A stretch of DNA of 64,000 bases from Nemertoderma westbladi (lineage: Eukaryota > Animalia > Xenacoelomorpha). The stretch covers positions 1-64,000 of the forward strand of contig JAUCBJ010005230.1 in assembly GCA_032718475.1 (NCBI GenBank), read 5' to 3'. Shown here one piece after another: positions 13,270 through 24,735 of the stretch; position 1 is the first letter of the stretch; the number at the start of each line of letters is the position of its first letter. The notes beneath the pieces are model-generated. The model was not told the DNA's origin. It saw nothing but the letters and a program-made list of their open reading frames with translations, and did not search any database. Made by a program: the position numbers and the translations under genes.

Positions 13270-13930
13270 CGTTGAAATTAAAAATACCATTCCGAGATAA
13301 TTGCCTTTAAAATTTGAACCGTCCCGCGCAAAAATTGTCTGTTAATATGTGAGTATGTCTGTCAATATCTATCTATCAACATGAAAGCATAAAATAATGC
13401 AAAGATTTTTGCTATGGGGGTTATCCTGGTCGCTGATTTCATTTCTGAGGTCAGTTTTCAATTTTAAAGAAATCTAGTTTGTCTGTACGTCTGTCTGCCG
13501 GTCTTTCTGACTATCCGACTATTTGTCTATCAAATACTGTATAAGCCTACCATTGAGCTAAAAGTTTAGCTATAGGGGTTTTCCTGGTCGCAGAATTCAT
13601 TTCGAGTGTCAATTGTATCATTTGATGACTTCAAAATTGTCTGTTGGGCTGTCAGACTGTCGGATATATTTTGACAGACAGACAGACAGGCATACAGACA
13701 TAACCGACAAGGCCAAATTTGATTAATGACATCAGATATAAAGTCACCGACCACGAAAACTCATATATGGAATTTTTTAGACAGATAGTATGCTTTTATT
13801 GACGGACAGACATACTGACGGACAAACCGACAGTAAAACGGACAGACAGCCATATCTTGAGAAGTAAGAGAGATCTTGCTAAACGGTTTTCAAATTTGGA
13901 ATCTTGATAAAAATCTGCTCTATATGAAAT
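13270..13930 (+). repeat. Dispersed repeat family (also about 56085-56700 and partly 27640-27850), probably a non-autonomous DNA transposon
   Basis: Shared gagataattgcctttaaa..cccgcgcaaaa, ctgaggtcagttttca, gatcttgctaaacggttttcaaatttggaatcttgataaaa. Confidence 0.8.
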
Positions 13931-14243
13931 AAAAAAAATTTGCAAAAAATTATTGAATTAGCGCTACCCCAAACCTTAATAAAAAAATGTTACAAAACAA
14001 GTATTTTTGTTCCAGTTTTAAGATGTTTTCGTAAAAATAATTTTTAAACACTAACTACCTGCGATATGAGAGCTAGTTGTAATATTCCGATGTTATTATT
14101 GATTTTTAAATTGATTAAATGTTCTAGAACAATGTGTGCCCATTAAAAATAAAAGAAACTGTTTATGTAGCCCAAACATTTAAGTGAGAGTTGGCTCTTC
14201 GTCCATATGGCGAATTAGTAAATGTAAATCCGCGTTGCCTCAG

Positions 14244-14863
14244 ATACCAGACCAGAAAGCGCACAAGCACGTAACCAATCACGTCAAGGCACTGCTAGAT
14301 CGCAATACTACGGAAAAGTGCCACCCCAAAGTACAGCTAAACCACGTAATACTACATACACGGTAGCTCCTTCAAAAAACGGGACTATTTCCCAAAACTC
14401 TTTAGGAACACCTACAAAAACACGCTTCGCCGCACCGAAATCATCAAATGGGCGGGGTCGTATTAGCTTTGATACTCACGGTGCTGGTACAGGAGTCCGG
14501 TCAGCCACAATGCCTGGGCGTAATGAGGTGATTCCAACCACCACTGGCAAGAGGGCCCCGTCCACGTCTGGGCGTGCCAGTAATATTCTCGCTATCAAAA
14601 AGCCCGGTACCCGGCCTGAAAAGAGATTTCCATACCTCACCAACGAAACTGTATCTGGGGCCCCGAGCATTAAATCGCCGCCGAAACCACAGCTCAGTGG
14701 CCGGTTCCGTCTTCCGAGTTTCCCTAGCAACGCGTTCAAAGAGACCAGCCAATCAGGCCCCACTAAACGGGCAGCTAAGTTCTGCACTGGTTGCGGTTCT
14801 AAGTATGAGACAGACTGCATCAAATTCTGCCCCAATTGTGGTGTCAAAAATCTTTCGATATAA
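14244..14863 (+). CDS. ZC2HC1A: ZC2HC1A-like paralogue A, exon 2 (disordered linker plus C-terminal zinc ribbon)
   Basis: Acceptor ttgcctcAG at 14242-14243 is phase-compatible; the frame is open to KFCTGCG..KFCPNCG; the joined CDS gives 360 aa. Confidence 0.82.
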
Positions 14864-14936
14864 CGGCAACATGGTTGTTTCTGTTTGTTGATTGTTATTT
14901 GGTATTTCCTTGTTTCCTATTTGGTATTCTAATGAT

Positions 14937-16944
14937 GGATAGGTGGAATTTGTGACAATACCTAAAAATGGTGACAACAGTCAGCCAGTCAAAAAAATGG
15001 TGGACCATTATTAAAAATTGCTTCAAAGAATATGAATAACAGTAGATCTCAGTCCTAAAAGTATACTTCTTCTAAGTTTCAGCTCCGCATATCGCCCGGA
15101 AGTCACAAGAAAACAGTCAAACGTCTGAGGACAACACACAAAATGTCTGGACGTGTGTTAACACTCGAAATCATGAATTCAGTATTCTGCAATACAGCTT
15201 ACCATTTAGGCCTACACTGTTGCACAGTTGTTGTAGTTTATGCATTTCTTTCAACCGTTGTCTGTCCTTCGTCTGTTGATCTGTCGACGAATGTTTGGAG
15301 GCTAAGAAACGTTCTTCGATGGAATTAATTATATACAGTGGGTCAAGGTTGAAATATTGATACCCATACACCCGTCAGGGTTAGCCCATACGCTAAAGCT
15401 TGCGAACCAGCGAGAGATTCCACTGCCAGTTGTCTATGCAAAAGTCTAAATCGTCCTTCACAACACACGCGAAGTCTCCCTTCATATTCCACATTCCAAC
15501 ATATTCTGGGAGTTTATCGGTAGATATACTACGGTACTGTAGGATGGTTTGCAAGCAGCTTGGCCTACGGCTGTACGGGTATCACTATTTCAACCTTGGC
15601 CTATAATTATTCCATCGAAGATTGTTTATTTGACTTCAGACATTCGGCGACAGATCGACCAACAGACGGCAGGACATACAACGATTGAAAGAAATACATA
15701 AACTACTGTACAACACTATGGGCCTAACTGGTAGTAAGCTATGGCATACTTTTAGTATTTTTATTCGACATTTTAATTCCCCTTGATATTCTTCTGAATT
15801 TAGTCGCGAGATAAATGATTAAACTCGCGAGAAAATTATCAAACTCGCGAGAAAATTATTAAACTCGCGAGAAAATCATTAAACTCGCGAGAAAAATGAT
15901 TAAATTCGCGAGACAATTATAAATCTCGCGAGATAAATGATTAAACTCGCGAAAAAATAATTAATTTCGCGAGATAAATGATTAAACTCGCGAGAGAAAA
16001 TAATTAAACTCGCGAGAAAATAATTAATCTCGCGAGATAAAAGATTAAACTCGCGAGATTAAATGATTAGACTCGCGAGAAAATAATTAATCTCGCGAGA
16101 TAAATGATTAAACTCGCGAGAAAATAATTAATATCGCGAGATAAATTATTAAACTCGCGAGAAAAATGATTAAATTCGCGAGAAAATAACAAACATGCTA
16201 CGTATTAACGTATACATTTAAACAAACATGCTTCCCTAAACTCGACACGACGCCCCTTAATACAGACAGGAGGCAGAGGTTACGGTATGCTGAAATGAAT
16301 GATATAGAAAGAAGGCCTATTTAATACCTATTATATCCCTAGATTGCACCTATAAGGGTATTTCCTCTGCTGCTATTGGATAGCCGTTTCCTACTGTCCC
16401 AATTAACAGCCAATCGCGATTTTTTTCGCGAGATGTGTATTTTTCTCGCGAGTTTAATCATTAATCTCGCGAGATTAATTAATTTCTCGCGAGTTTAATC
16501 ATTTATCTCGCGAGATTAATAAATTTCTCGCGAGTTTAATAATTTATCTCGCGAGTTTAATTATTTTCTCGCGAGTTTAATCATTTATCTCGCGATATTA
16601 ATTATTTTCTCGCGAGTTTAATCATTTATCTCGCGACTAAATTCAGAAGAATATCAAGGGGAATTAAAATGTCGAATAAAAATACTAAAAGTATGCCATA
16701 GTAAGCAGTATTGCATAGTACTGCATTCATGACTTGGAGTGTTGTCCGGACATATTGTGTGTTGTCTCCAGACGTTTGACTGTTTTCCTACGACTTGCCG
16801 GCAATATGTCTGTATGTAGAGCTGAAACTTGGCAGAATTGTTATGTGCATTGTTTGTGGCCATTTTTGATAATGGTCAACTTTTTTTTGACTGTGGCTTA
16901 CTGTTGTCACCGTTTTTAGTTGTTGTCTCAAATTCCACCTATCC
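14937..16944. mobile_element. Foldback MULE-like non-autonomous transposon with 9-bp TSD
   Basis: Termini ggataggtggaattt / aaattccacctatcc; TSD tctaatgat (14928-14936, 16945-16953); inverted arms extend several hundred bp. Confidence 0.88.
15740..16700. mobile_element. Nested TIR element with TATGG termini, 6-bp flanking duplication and inverted ~20-bp TCGCGAGA arrays
   Basis: Perfect TIR of more than 60 bp starting tatggcatacttttag; gtaagc at 15734-15739 and 16701-16706. Confidence 0.88.
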
Positions 16945-17000
16945 TCTAATGATTGTTCTAATGATGCTATGCCAGTATACGGTGTGAGAGAGATGAAAAT

Positions 17001-17110
17001 CAGACAGTCTGCTTATGTAATGTAGGTAGGCTACCGGTGTTAACATTACATACCCTACATTACATAAGCAGACTGTCTGATGTGTATGTTATTATTGTGT
17101 TTTTTCATTT
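17001..17110. mobile_element. Short insertion with 5' foldback and 12-bp direct flanking repeat
   Basis: agagatgaaaat at 16989-17000 and 17111-17122; 26-bp perfect inverted arms at 17001-17026 and 17054-17079. Confidence 0.6.
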
Positions 17111-19897
17111 AGAGATGAAAATGCTTTTAACCATATTATCTGCGATGTCAAACACCAATCTCTTAATGTAGGAAGTGAATAATAATTAGATTACGCAGCG
17201 GCCACCCCTTAGGTAACAATTCCACTCAAATAGGGAATTTTCCATTGAAATACAAATGTAGTAGAGGCCTACAGGTGAAAAGATATGTATTTGTGTTACA
17301 GACAGCGTAAGATTTTATGGTAATTAATAATATTTAATAATTATCAATAACACAATTGTATATTTAATATAAAAAGGTGTTATTTATGAGTTTTTAGGGT
17401 CGGTTTGTTTAGCTTATCTTGAATTGGAAACATTCTATCCACATATGATATTTAACACCAGTAAACTGTGCACTGCACATTATGCACAATGTGGTTGAAT
17501 TTCTAACGTTGTTGCAACAGTAACTTTATTCACATAAATTCAAACTCGTTATTTATTGCAGTTGAAATACTAAGATTGTATCCACGTGTTTCACACATGC
17601 ACACTTATGGTATATTATTGGTTGAATTGGGAACATTGTATCAACGAATAAAATCTAACTCTTGTACACTAGGTGCGCGAAAAAATTGAATAGAAACAAT
17701 GGACTAAGTGGTAACAAGGTTCCCTGAATCGAGTGGGGGGGGGGGGGGGGGGGGGGGTGTGTTTGTTGTAAAAAACACGAGGAAACGATCGATATGGCGG
17801 GGAATACAATATTACAATTGTAAGAGCGGGAAGCCAATTTTGAAAATTTATTATATTGTTTTCTATGGAGGGATTCGGATTCTGATTTTAGATTCATTAA
17901 AATAGGCAACACATTTAATCTCAATCATTTCACACGTGGCTTATATACAATTGAAAGCGGAGTCTTGTGCTTCTTTTGACACATACTATTAATTAAATTC
18001 ATGGTGATGAACATTTGAAATTATTTTTTGAAAACAGGTTGGATTGACCGCCTACAAGCAGACAAGTAAAAATTGTCATCTCATGCCAAAATTGTGATGG
18101 TCTCCTGTAATAAAGTTGGTCAAGACAAGGCCTTCGTTCGATCAAGCCCACTTCCGCACTTTGAATGCCATATGGAATTCTATTTATAGACTGTCAACCG
18201 GAAGTTGATTGGCCTGAATTGTGTTCCTAGGCGACCGAGAACACTTTTCCTGATAACTGCATGTTTCAGAAGCTGTCAGCTGAAGTCTGGAAGTCCCTAC
18301 AGCAATATGTAGGTGCGGTACCGTACTGCCGTAGGTACCTGGGTACCGGTTGCGTTGCCAGTTGTAGTTTTAGTTCAGCAGGGCACAGGGCAGCAATTAG
18401 CAATACGTCAGGCAGGACCCGCAGGACAGTACCGGTACATAACTGACTGACTACCCGACCGGTATAACTGATAAGACTGACTGACTGACAACAACATACA
18501 GCAGTACAGTAGCCTACCATACCATTCTACTACTGTACTGCTGTACTAGCATAGGCAGATAGGCCTTGGCCAGTGATTTATGTAATTTTGTTAGACTTAG
18601 GCCTACACTGTACTTGGCCTACATTATTTCAGATATTATCAGGGCACCACTGCATTATAACGACACCCCAGTAATCCATTTTACATTCGATATCTCGTGT
18701 GGTTGACAGGTTGATAATAGACTGAATAGACTTGTGGCTGTAGGCAGGTAAGAAAAGAAGTAGGTTACAGAGGCGAGTTGGGCAGTTGGGGGAACCAAAA
18801 CAACAACATGACTCGCGAAGTTGAGAATACATACGACTGTGTGACAGTATGATAGAGGTGAGAGATGATGCTCGTCGTTTGCTGATTCCACACGTCTTTG
18901 CAGTAATCTGGCAGTCTGGTAATATCATATAGGCCTATATCAGGATCAGCTGATCAATATATACTTACAGTACCCCGGGTATTATATCAGTATTCGATTT
19001 TCAGTATTCGTACTCGCAAGTACGCCGAGTTGTGTCTGCACCGAAACACCTTAGCAGATTACGATTTATCAAACCATACTAGCAAGGGGAGAGAGTGAGA
19101 GAGGTTAGCAACAACAAGTTGCAGTTCGTTGCGTTCCTTGGCAACTGTTCCTGGAAGCACACACCCGTCAAGCCAATCGTGGCATAGCTTCAAGTTGCCC
19201 GGAAATTCAAGCGGAATGTCGCGAGCGAGAAATTAAAGTTGCAATTGTTCCCATAGGTTTAGTTGAGTATAGGCCTAATAAATTTTTGATTAAGCGATCA
19301 TTTTTAAGTTCGTTTTTTTAAGTCAAATTTTAAGCAATTATTATATTACAGTGGATATTTTTAGGAATTGTGGGATGTTGTACAATAATAAATCAATTTG
19401 CAGTTTGTGGCATTTATTAATAGTTAATTATTAGTTTTAGTTATTTAGGTAATTATACAATTATATGCAATATTACACTGCAATGTATGCTAATCAAGTA
19501 TTGTTATTATACTACTATTACGTTAATAAATAAACTTTCAAATAATTAGATTTCTTAATAAGGGCATAGCTGAATCAACAAACTTTTGAAAAAAGTATAA
19601 GTGGTTCGCCACGGGCATAGGGGATTCGACCTAAAAAGGTCTTACCATTGTGCCTCGAATGTAATATTTTTCATTGCACAATATAGATCGAAATATTCGA
19701 ATGATACATTTAATGATATTGGTAAAAGAGAGTTCGTTGTCCATCTAAAAAAACCCAAATCACAAAAAATCGCACAGCCAACTCAACCAAACAGCCAAAT
19801 CAAAACAAATCACAAACCAAATCACACAGAAAATCACACCAAATCAGGGTCCTACGAATTACCCAAAAAACACAATATTACCCAAAATAACACAAAA

Positions 19898-20238
<341 letters not shown>

Positions 20239-20251
20239 GGACCCGCAACAG

Positions 20252-20770
20252 TTTTACACAAAAATACACAAAAAATTACGCAAAAATACACAAAAAAAAC
20301 ACAATATTACCCAAAAAAAACTACCCAAAAAGACAAATAAAATTGTTTTTCATAAACAATGTATCTACAATAAGATTTAGATTAATTGTAAGAAGAGGTT
20401 CACTTTTCAGTTTTCAATTTTCACTTTTTTCAAAATATTACATTTTGTTCATTTGAAGATTCCTTTAATGACCTACTGCCACCGGTTTACCGGTAAGCCT
20501 ACCCACCCATACTGCCAGACAGCATACAAAATCAGATTTCTTAATTAATGGAAAGGAGCAGGTTACAGTAGCAGGCTTTTCTAACCAAAACAATAAACGA
20601 TAGCCAAAGAACACAGGTTACAGTCTTATTTTTCCAACCCTATGGGATATAAATTATTTTTGTCTTTTTGGGTAAGTTTTTTGGGTAATATTGTGTTTTA
20701 TTGTGTTTTTTGGGTAAATTTTTGTGTTTTTTTGTATTTTTTTGTGTTTTTTTGTGTATTTTTGGGTAAT
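20252..20770. repeat. Inverted pair of A/C-rich low-complexity repeat blocks (third partial copy at 19860-19897)
   Basis: acacaatattacccaaaaaa..tacccaaaaagacaaa at about 20300-20340 versus its reverse complement at about 20655-20700. Confidence 0.7.
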
Positions 20771-21618
20771 TTTGATTAGTAAATTGAAATTGAAGTTTGA
20801 GTGAATTTGAAAAGTAAAGGAGCACGTTACAGTGGAGCCAGAAGGAACCAAGATAATATCAATTAAAGAAAATACAAATCCGAATTTTTTGTGTGTTTCG
20901 TACTGGTATGATTTATTGTGATTTGGCGTGATTTGTAGCGTTGAGAACTACTATTACTGTAATTATACTGTATATAACTGTAACTGAATGATTTTGATAA
21001 GTTTAAGATACTGTACCATGTAACTGCAACTGTAATTCCGAATTTTGAATATTGAAACTGAAATTAATTTCTAAAAATCAATTCAGTTCTTAACCACACA
21101 ACTAACATGAATGAGCAGAGCATTGGGCACAGAATTGTAATAGTATATAGTTTAGTTTAATAAATGAATAACACTGGTCGAGATGGGTATCATTATTAAA
21201 ACATATTATTGTTTATTATTATGTTTTGGACCTTGATAGTAGTCAAGTGGCCTAAAGACCCTTTCTACGGGTAAGAGCCTAGAGTCTTATACCCCCCAAA
21301 CTAACAAAAAACATAGAATCAGGACATTTATATATTCATTTATATTTATAATACATTTATATTCATCTATTCATTCCTTTATCTATATACCATCATATTA
21401 TGCAATGTAGAGCAAAGACCCTTTGACCACTTAGTTCAACTGTGATTTATTTTCCTTCCTAAATATGATGTCGTACGATTTATTGTGATTTGCTTCCATT
21501 TATTGTGATTTGGTGTGATTTGACTGCGATTAGTGCGATTTGATGACATTTGTTGTGAGTTGGTATGATCTGGGTGTTTAGACTGAACTGAATGAAAAAC
21601 CACTGGGACGCCAATGTG

Positions 21619-22815
21619 CAGTGCCGGATTACCCAATGTGCACAGTGTGCACGTGCACAGTGTGCACGTGCACAGGGGCCTCCACCACTGAGGGGCCTCC
21701 ACCACTCAACACTCAAAAAAAACAGAAAAACTTACAGGAAAGGACAGTGGTTTAGTACATAAATGTTTCAGTTATTCACTAGTAGGAGTAGGCCTACACG
21801 TACAGTATAAGCTATAAAGTTTCAGTTTGAGGTTTAGTCTGTGAGTACAACTTACAGTAGTAGGTCTACAGTACACTACATGTATACAGAAAGACAGTGG
21901 TGTTTAGTACATAAATGTTTCAGTTATTCACTAGTAGGTGTAGGCTTACACGTATAAGCTATAAAGTTTCAGTTTGATGTTCAGTCTGTGAGTACAACTT
22001 ACAGTAGTACGTCTACAGTACACTACATGCTGACATGTATACAGTACTGTTTTGCTAACTGTAGCTGTGGCAGACCGATCAGCAGACCAACACGTCGAAA
22101 AGAAACGAAAGCAAATGTCTGGCCATGAAAAACGTAATGAGAGGAGACACAGGCTATTGCAGGAACACAGCCACTTACAGCTTTCTTTGGACCAGTGGCA
22201 GGGGCAGCAATAAGTGAAGAGAGTGACGACGGTGTGATGCTGGCTCCAGTTATTTACCAGGTACGGACTCGGACTGTGAGGTCCAAGAGGAAGACATAGA
22301 TGTGCAGCAAGATCCAGACAGCCAGAGACGGAACCTAAAGTCCTGCTTGTTGAATGTGATGTCGGCCTGTGGCCAGATAAACTTACTGACGTTCGAATTG
22401 ATGCTGTGGTTAACTTGGATGTGTCCAAGCTACATAGCATGCGGATCCAAAGTTACTTGAACTGTCCACAGTGCAGACAGTTCAGAAGGAAGGACGTTCA
22501 GTAGCTCGGAAGTGTGGTGTGAGCATGTTTGAACGCAAGCTAAAGAACACAAAGTCTTCCAAGCGCACCTGGTTGTGCTTTAGTCCATATTATACACGAC
22601 TTTGCGTCTCGCAAGGCTCGTAAAGTTGTTTTCTAAATAAAGTACTATATATACTGGTTAGATTCTTTTTTGTATTATTATTCTTTGTTTTATTCATAAT
22701 ATTCGTTTAAATCTAAGTATATCTCTCTATCTCTGATTGATCAGGGCCCCCCCCCCCCCCCCCCCCCCCCCCAATCATGTGCACAGGGGCCCCCACCGGG
22801 CTTGATCCGGCTCTG
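21619..22815 (+). mobile_element. Internally deleted hAT transposon
   Basis: TIR cagtgccggat / atccggctctg; 8-bp TSD ccaatgtg; transposase remnants MSGHEKR, KRTWLCFSP and C-terminal HDFASRKARKV. Confidence 0.88.
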
Positions 22816-23013
22816 CCAATGTGCATAACATATTGCTGTAGTGGAGCGTGTATAAGCGTGTAATATACGTCCACGTTCAATAAGGTACCGATGCGTGGTA
22901 CGAAGGGGTACGGTACCTCTGTTTATCCATCTATTCTGTTGTAAAATTAAAAGTAACTGATTACCGGTACCGGTAGGCCTACTGCATATTCCGTTATAAC
23001 GTTGCAACTGGCA

Positions 23014-23979
23014 ATGGCGGATGACGATAGAATTCCGTGCAATATTTGCAACAGGAAATTTGCCGCGGAAACTTTGGAACGGCATTTCGCCATCTGCAAG
23101 AAGACGACCAAGAAGAAACCCCGGAAAGTCTTCGACTCTATGAAGCAACGGGCCGAGGGATCAGACGTCCCGTACCAGCGCACACGGGGCGTAAAGCCCG
23201 GACAGCCTCCCCCGACACACCCCGCCCCAAAGTCGAACTGGCGGGCCACTCACGATGACTTTATCCGCAACATCCGCGCCGCAAAACAGGCGCAGCATTG
23301 TATCGATACGGGGAAGCCATTGCCCCCACCACCGGCGCCCAGCGGACCGCCACCCGGGTACATACAGTGTGGCGGCTGCGGACGCCACTTCAACGCAACT
23401 GCCGCAGAGCGCCACATCCCATTGTGTAAAGACAGAGTGAAGACGCTGGGTAAACCGTTGAACCCGACGGTTAGACGCGGAGGGTATGCGGCTGGGCGGG
23501 GTGCGGTGGGTAGGGGCACGGGGGCACCACCCAGAGCGGCAGCGCAGCCCAACTCTGCCAGCGCCATCACTAAACCGGCCCCGACCGCGACCGGCCGCGC
23601 CCAGGTCGGGAAGACCACCCCGGGGGCCTCACGCATCCCTAGCACGGGGTCCCGTGTCCCCAACGGGGGGTCCCGTCTCCCTAGCGGTGGTTCCCGGATT
23701 CCGAGTGGGGGTTCCCGGATACCGAGTGGGGGTTCCCGGATACCCGCTCGAGGAGACCGCGCCGCGCCCACCGCCGCCCAGACCAGCGGGATCCCCCGTG
23801 GTGGCTCGTCGGAGGCTCAGCGTCCGTCGGGCGATCGTCGCCCTTCGGTAGAGGCAGGGCGTCGCCCATCCGGGTCAACGAACCTTGCCCGATTCTGTAC
23901 GGAATGTGGCGAGAAGTTCCCTTCCCCAACCAGTAAGTTCTGTATGAGTTGCGGTGTAAAACGAACTGCCATATCCTAA
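23014..23979 (+). CDS. ZC2HC1A: ZC2HC1A/FAM164-like zinc-finger protein, paralogue B (intronless, 321 aa)
   Basis: Kozak gcaATGg; CNICNRKF..HFAIC, RKVFDSMKQR, CGGCGRHF..ERHIPLC, C-terminal FCTECG..KFCMSCG; intact frame. Confidence 0.92.
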   Translation: MADDDRIPCNICNRKFAAETLERHFAICKKTTKKKPRKVFDSMKQRAEGSDVPYQRTRGVKPGQPPPTHPAPKSNWRATHDDFIRNIRAAKQAQHCIDTGKPLPPPPAPSGPPPGYIQCGGCGRHFNATAAERHIPLCKDRVKTLGKPLNPTVRRGGYAAGRGAVGRGTGAPPRAAAQPNSASAITKPAPTATGRAQVGKTTPGASRIPSTGSRVPNGGSRLPSGGSRIPSGGSRIPSGGSRIPARGDRAAPTAAQTSGIPRGGSSEAQRPSGDRRPSVEAGRRPSGSTNLARFCTECGEKFPSPTSKFCMSCGVKRTAIS

Positions 23980-24206
23980 AAGAAACTCGGCAGTCACTGG
24001 TGGTCTTCTCTCACTTTTCGCGCACTCGACTCGACAGCCAGGGGATAACTCGGCAATCCTCCTCTACTTAGACATTCGTTTCTATTCCAGACAGCGGTTC
24101 TTCACTTTTGTAATATATGGTAAAATTAATAACGAAACTTATTATCGTAAATGATAATTAAGTTCATAATATTTTTCTATTTGATTTCTAGATATTTTGT
24201 CTGTAT

Positions 24207-24212
24207 AATAAA
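24207..24212 (+). terminator. Candidate polyadenylation signal of paralogue B
   Basis: AATAAA about 230 bp after the stop, followed by T/GT-rich sequence. Confidence 0.45.
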
Positions 24213-24735
24213 TATATATTGTATTCATATAATTAGGCTTGTGGTTATTTGATTCATGTGCTGTAAGTAAGTCATTAGTTTCTCTCTATTTCATTATTAT
24301 ACATCGTATTTTGTGCACAAATGAAAGCTGGCAGGTTTATAATTTATTATTTAACTCCTCGAGTTTACGTCAACCAAAGATTTGATGATGATGTGACCAT
24401 GTCCCTGATACTATAAATGCAACACGGAGTTGTAAGCTAGCTAACATTCGTATCCCAGAGTGTCTCATTCAAGATTGTTTATTGTTACTTCTAGCCACAA
24501 TTCATAACTTCATTCAAAGTTGCATAACATCCTTTTTTTTAATTTCCTCCGTTACTTTTCTACTAATCTTATGAAACAGAAATAATTTGACCTACCATTT
24601 CGATTTCAATCTTTGACTAAAAGCTAAATTTAAAAAAGGTCTCCCTGCGATCTTGCACCAGTCGTACTGCAGTTAATCCTCAACGTTATCGTGATTCGTT
24701 GAAACCGATGAAATAATGTTGCATAAATATTCTTA

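Noticed and set aside
23250-23929. Overlapping alternative-frame and antisense ORFs in paralogue B
   Set aside because: Expected shadows of a GC-rich coding sequence.
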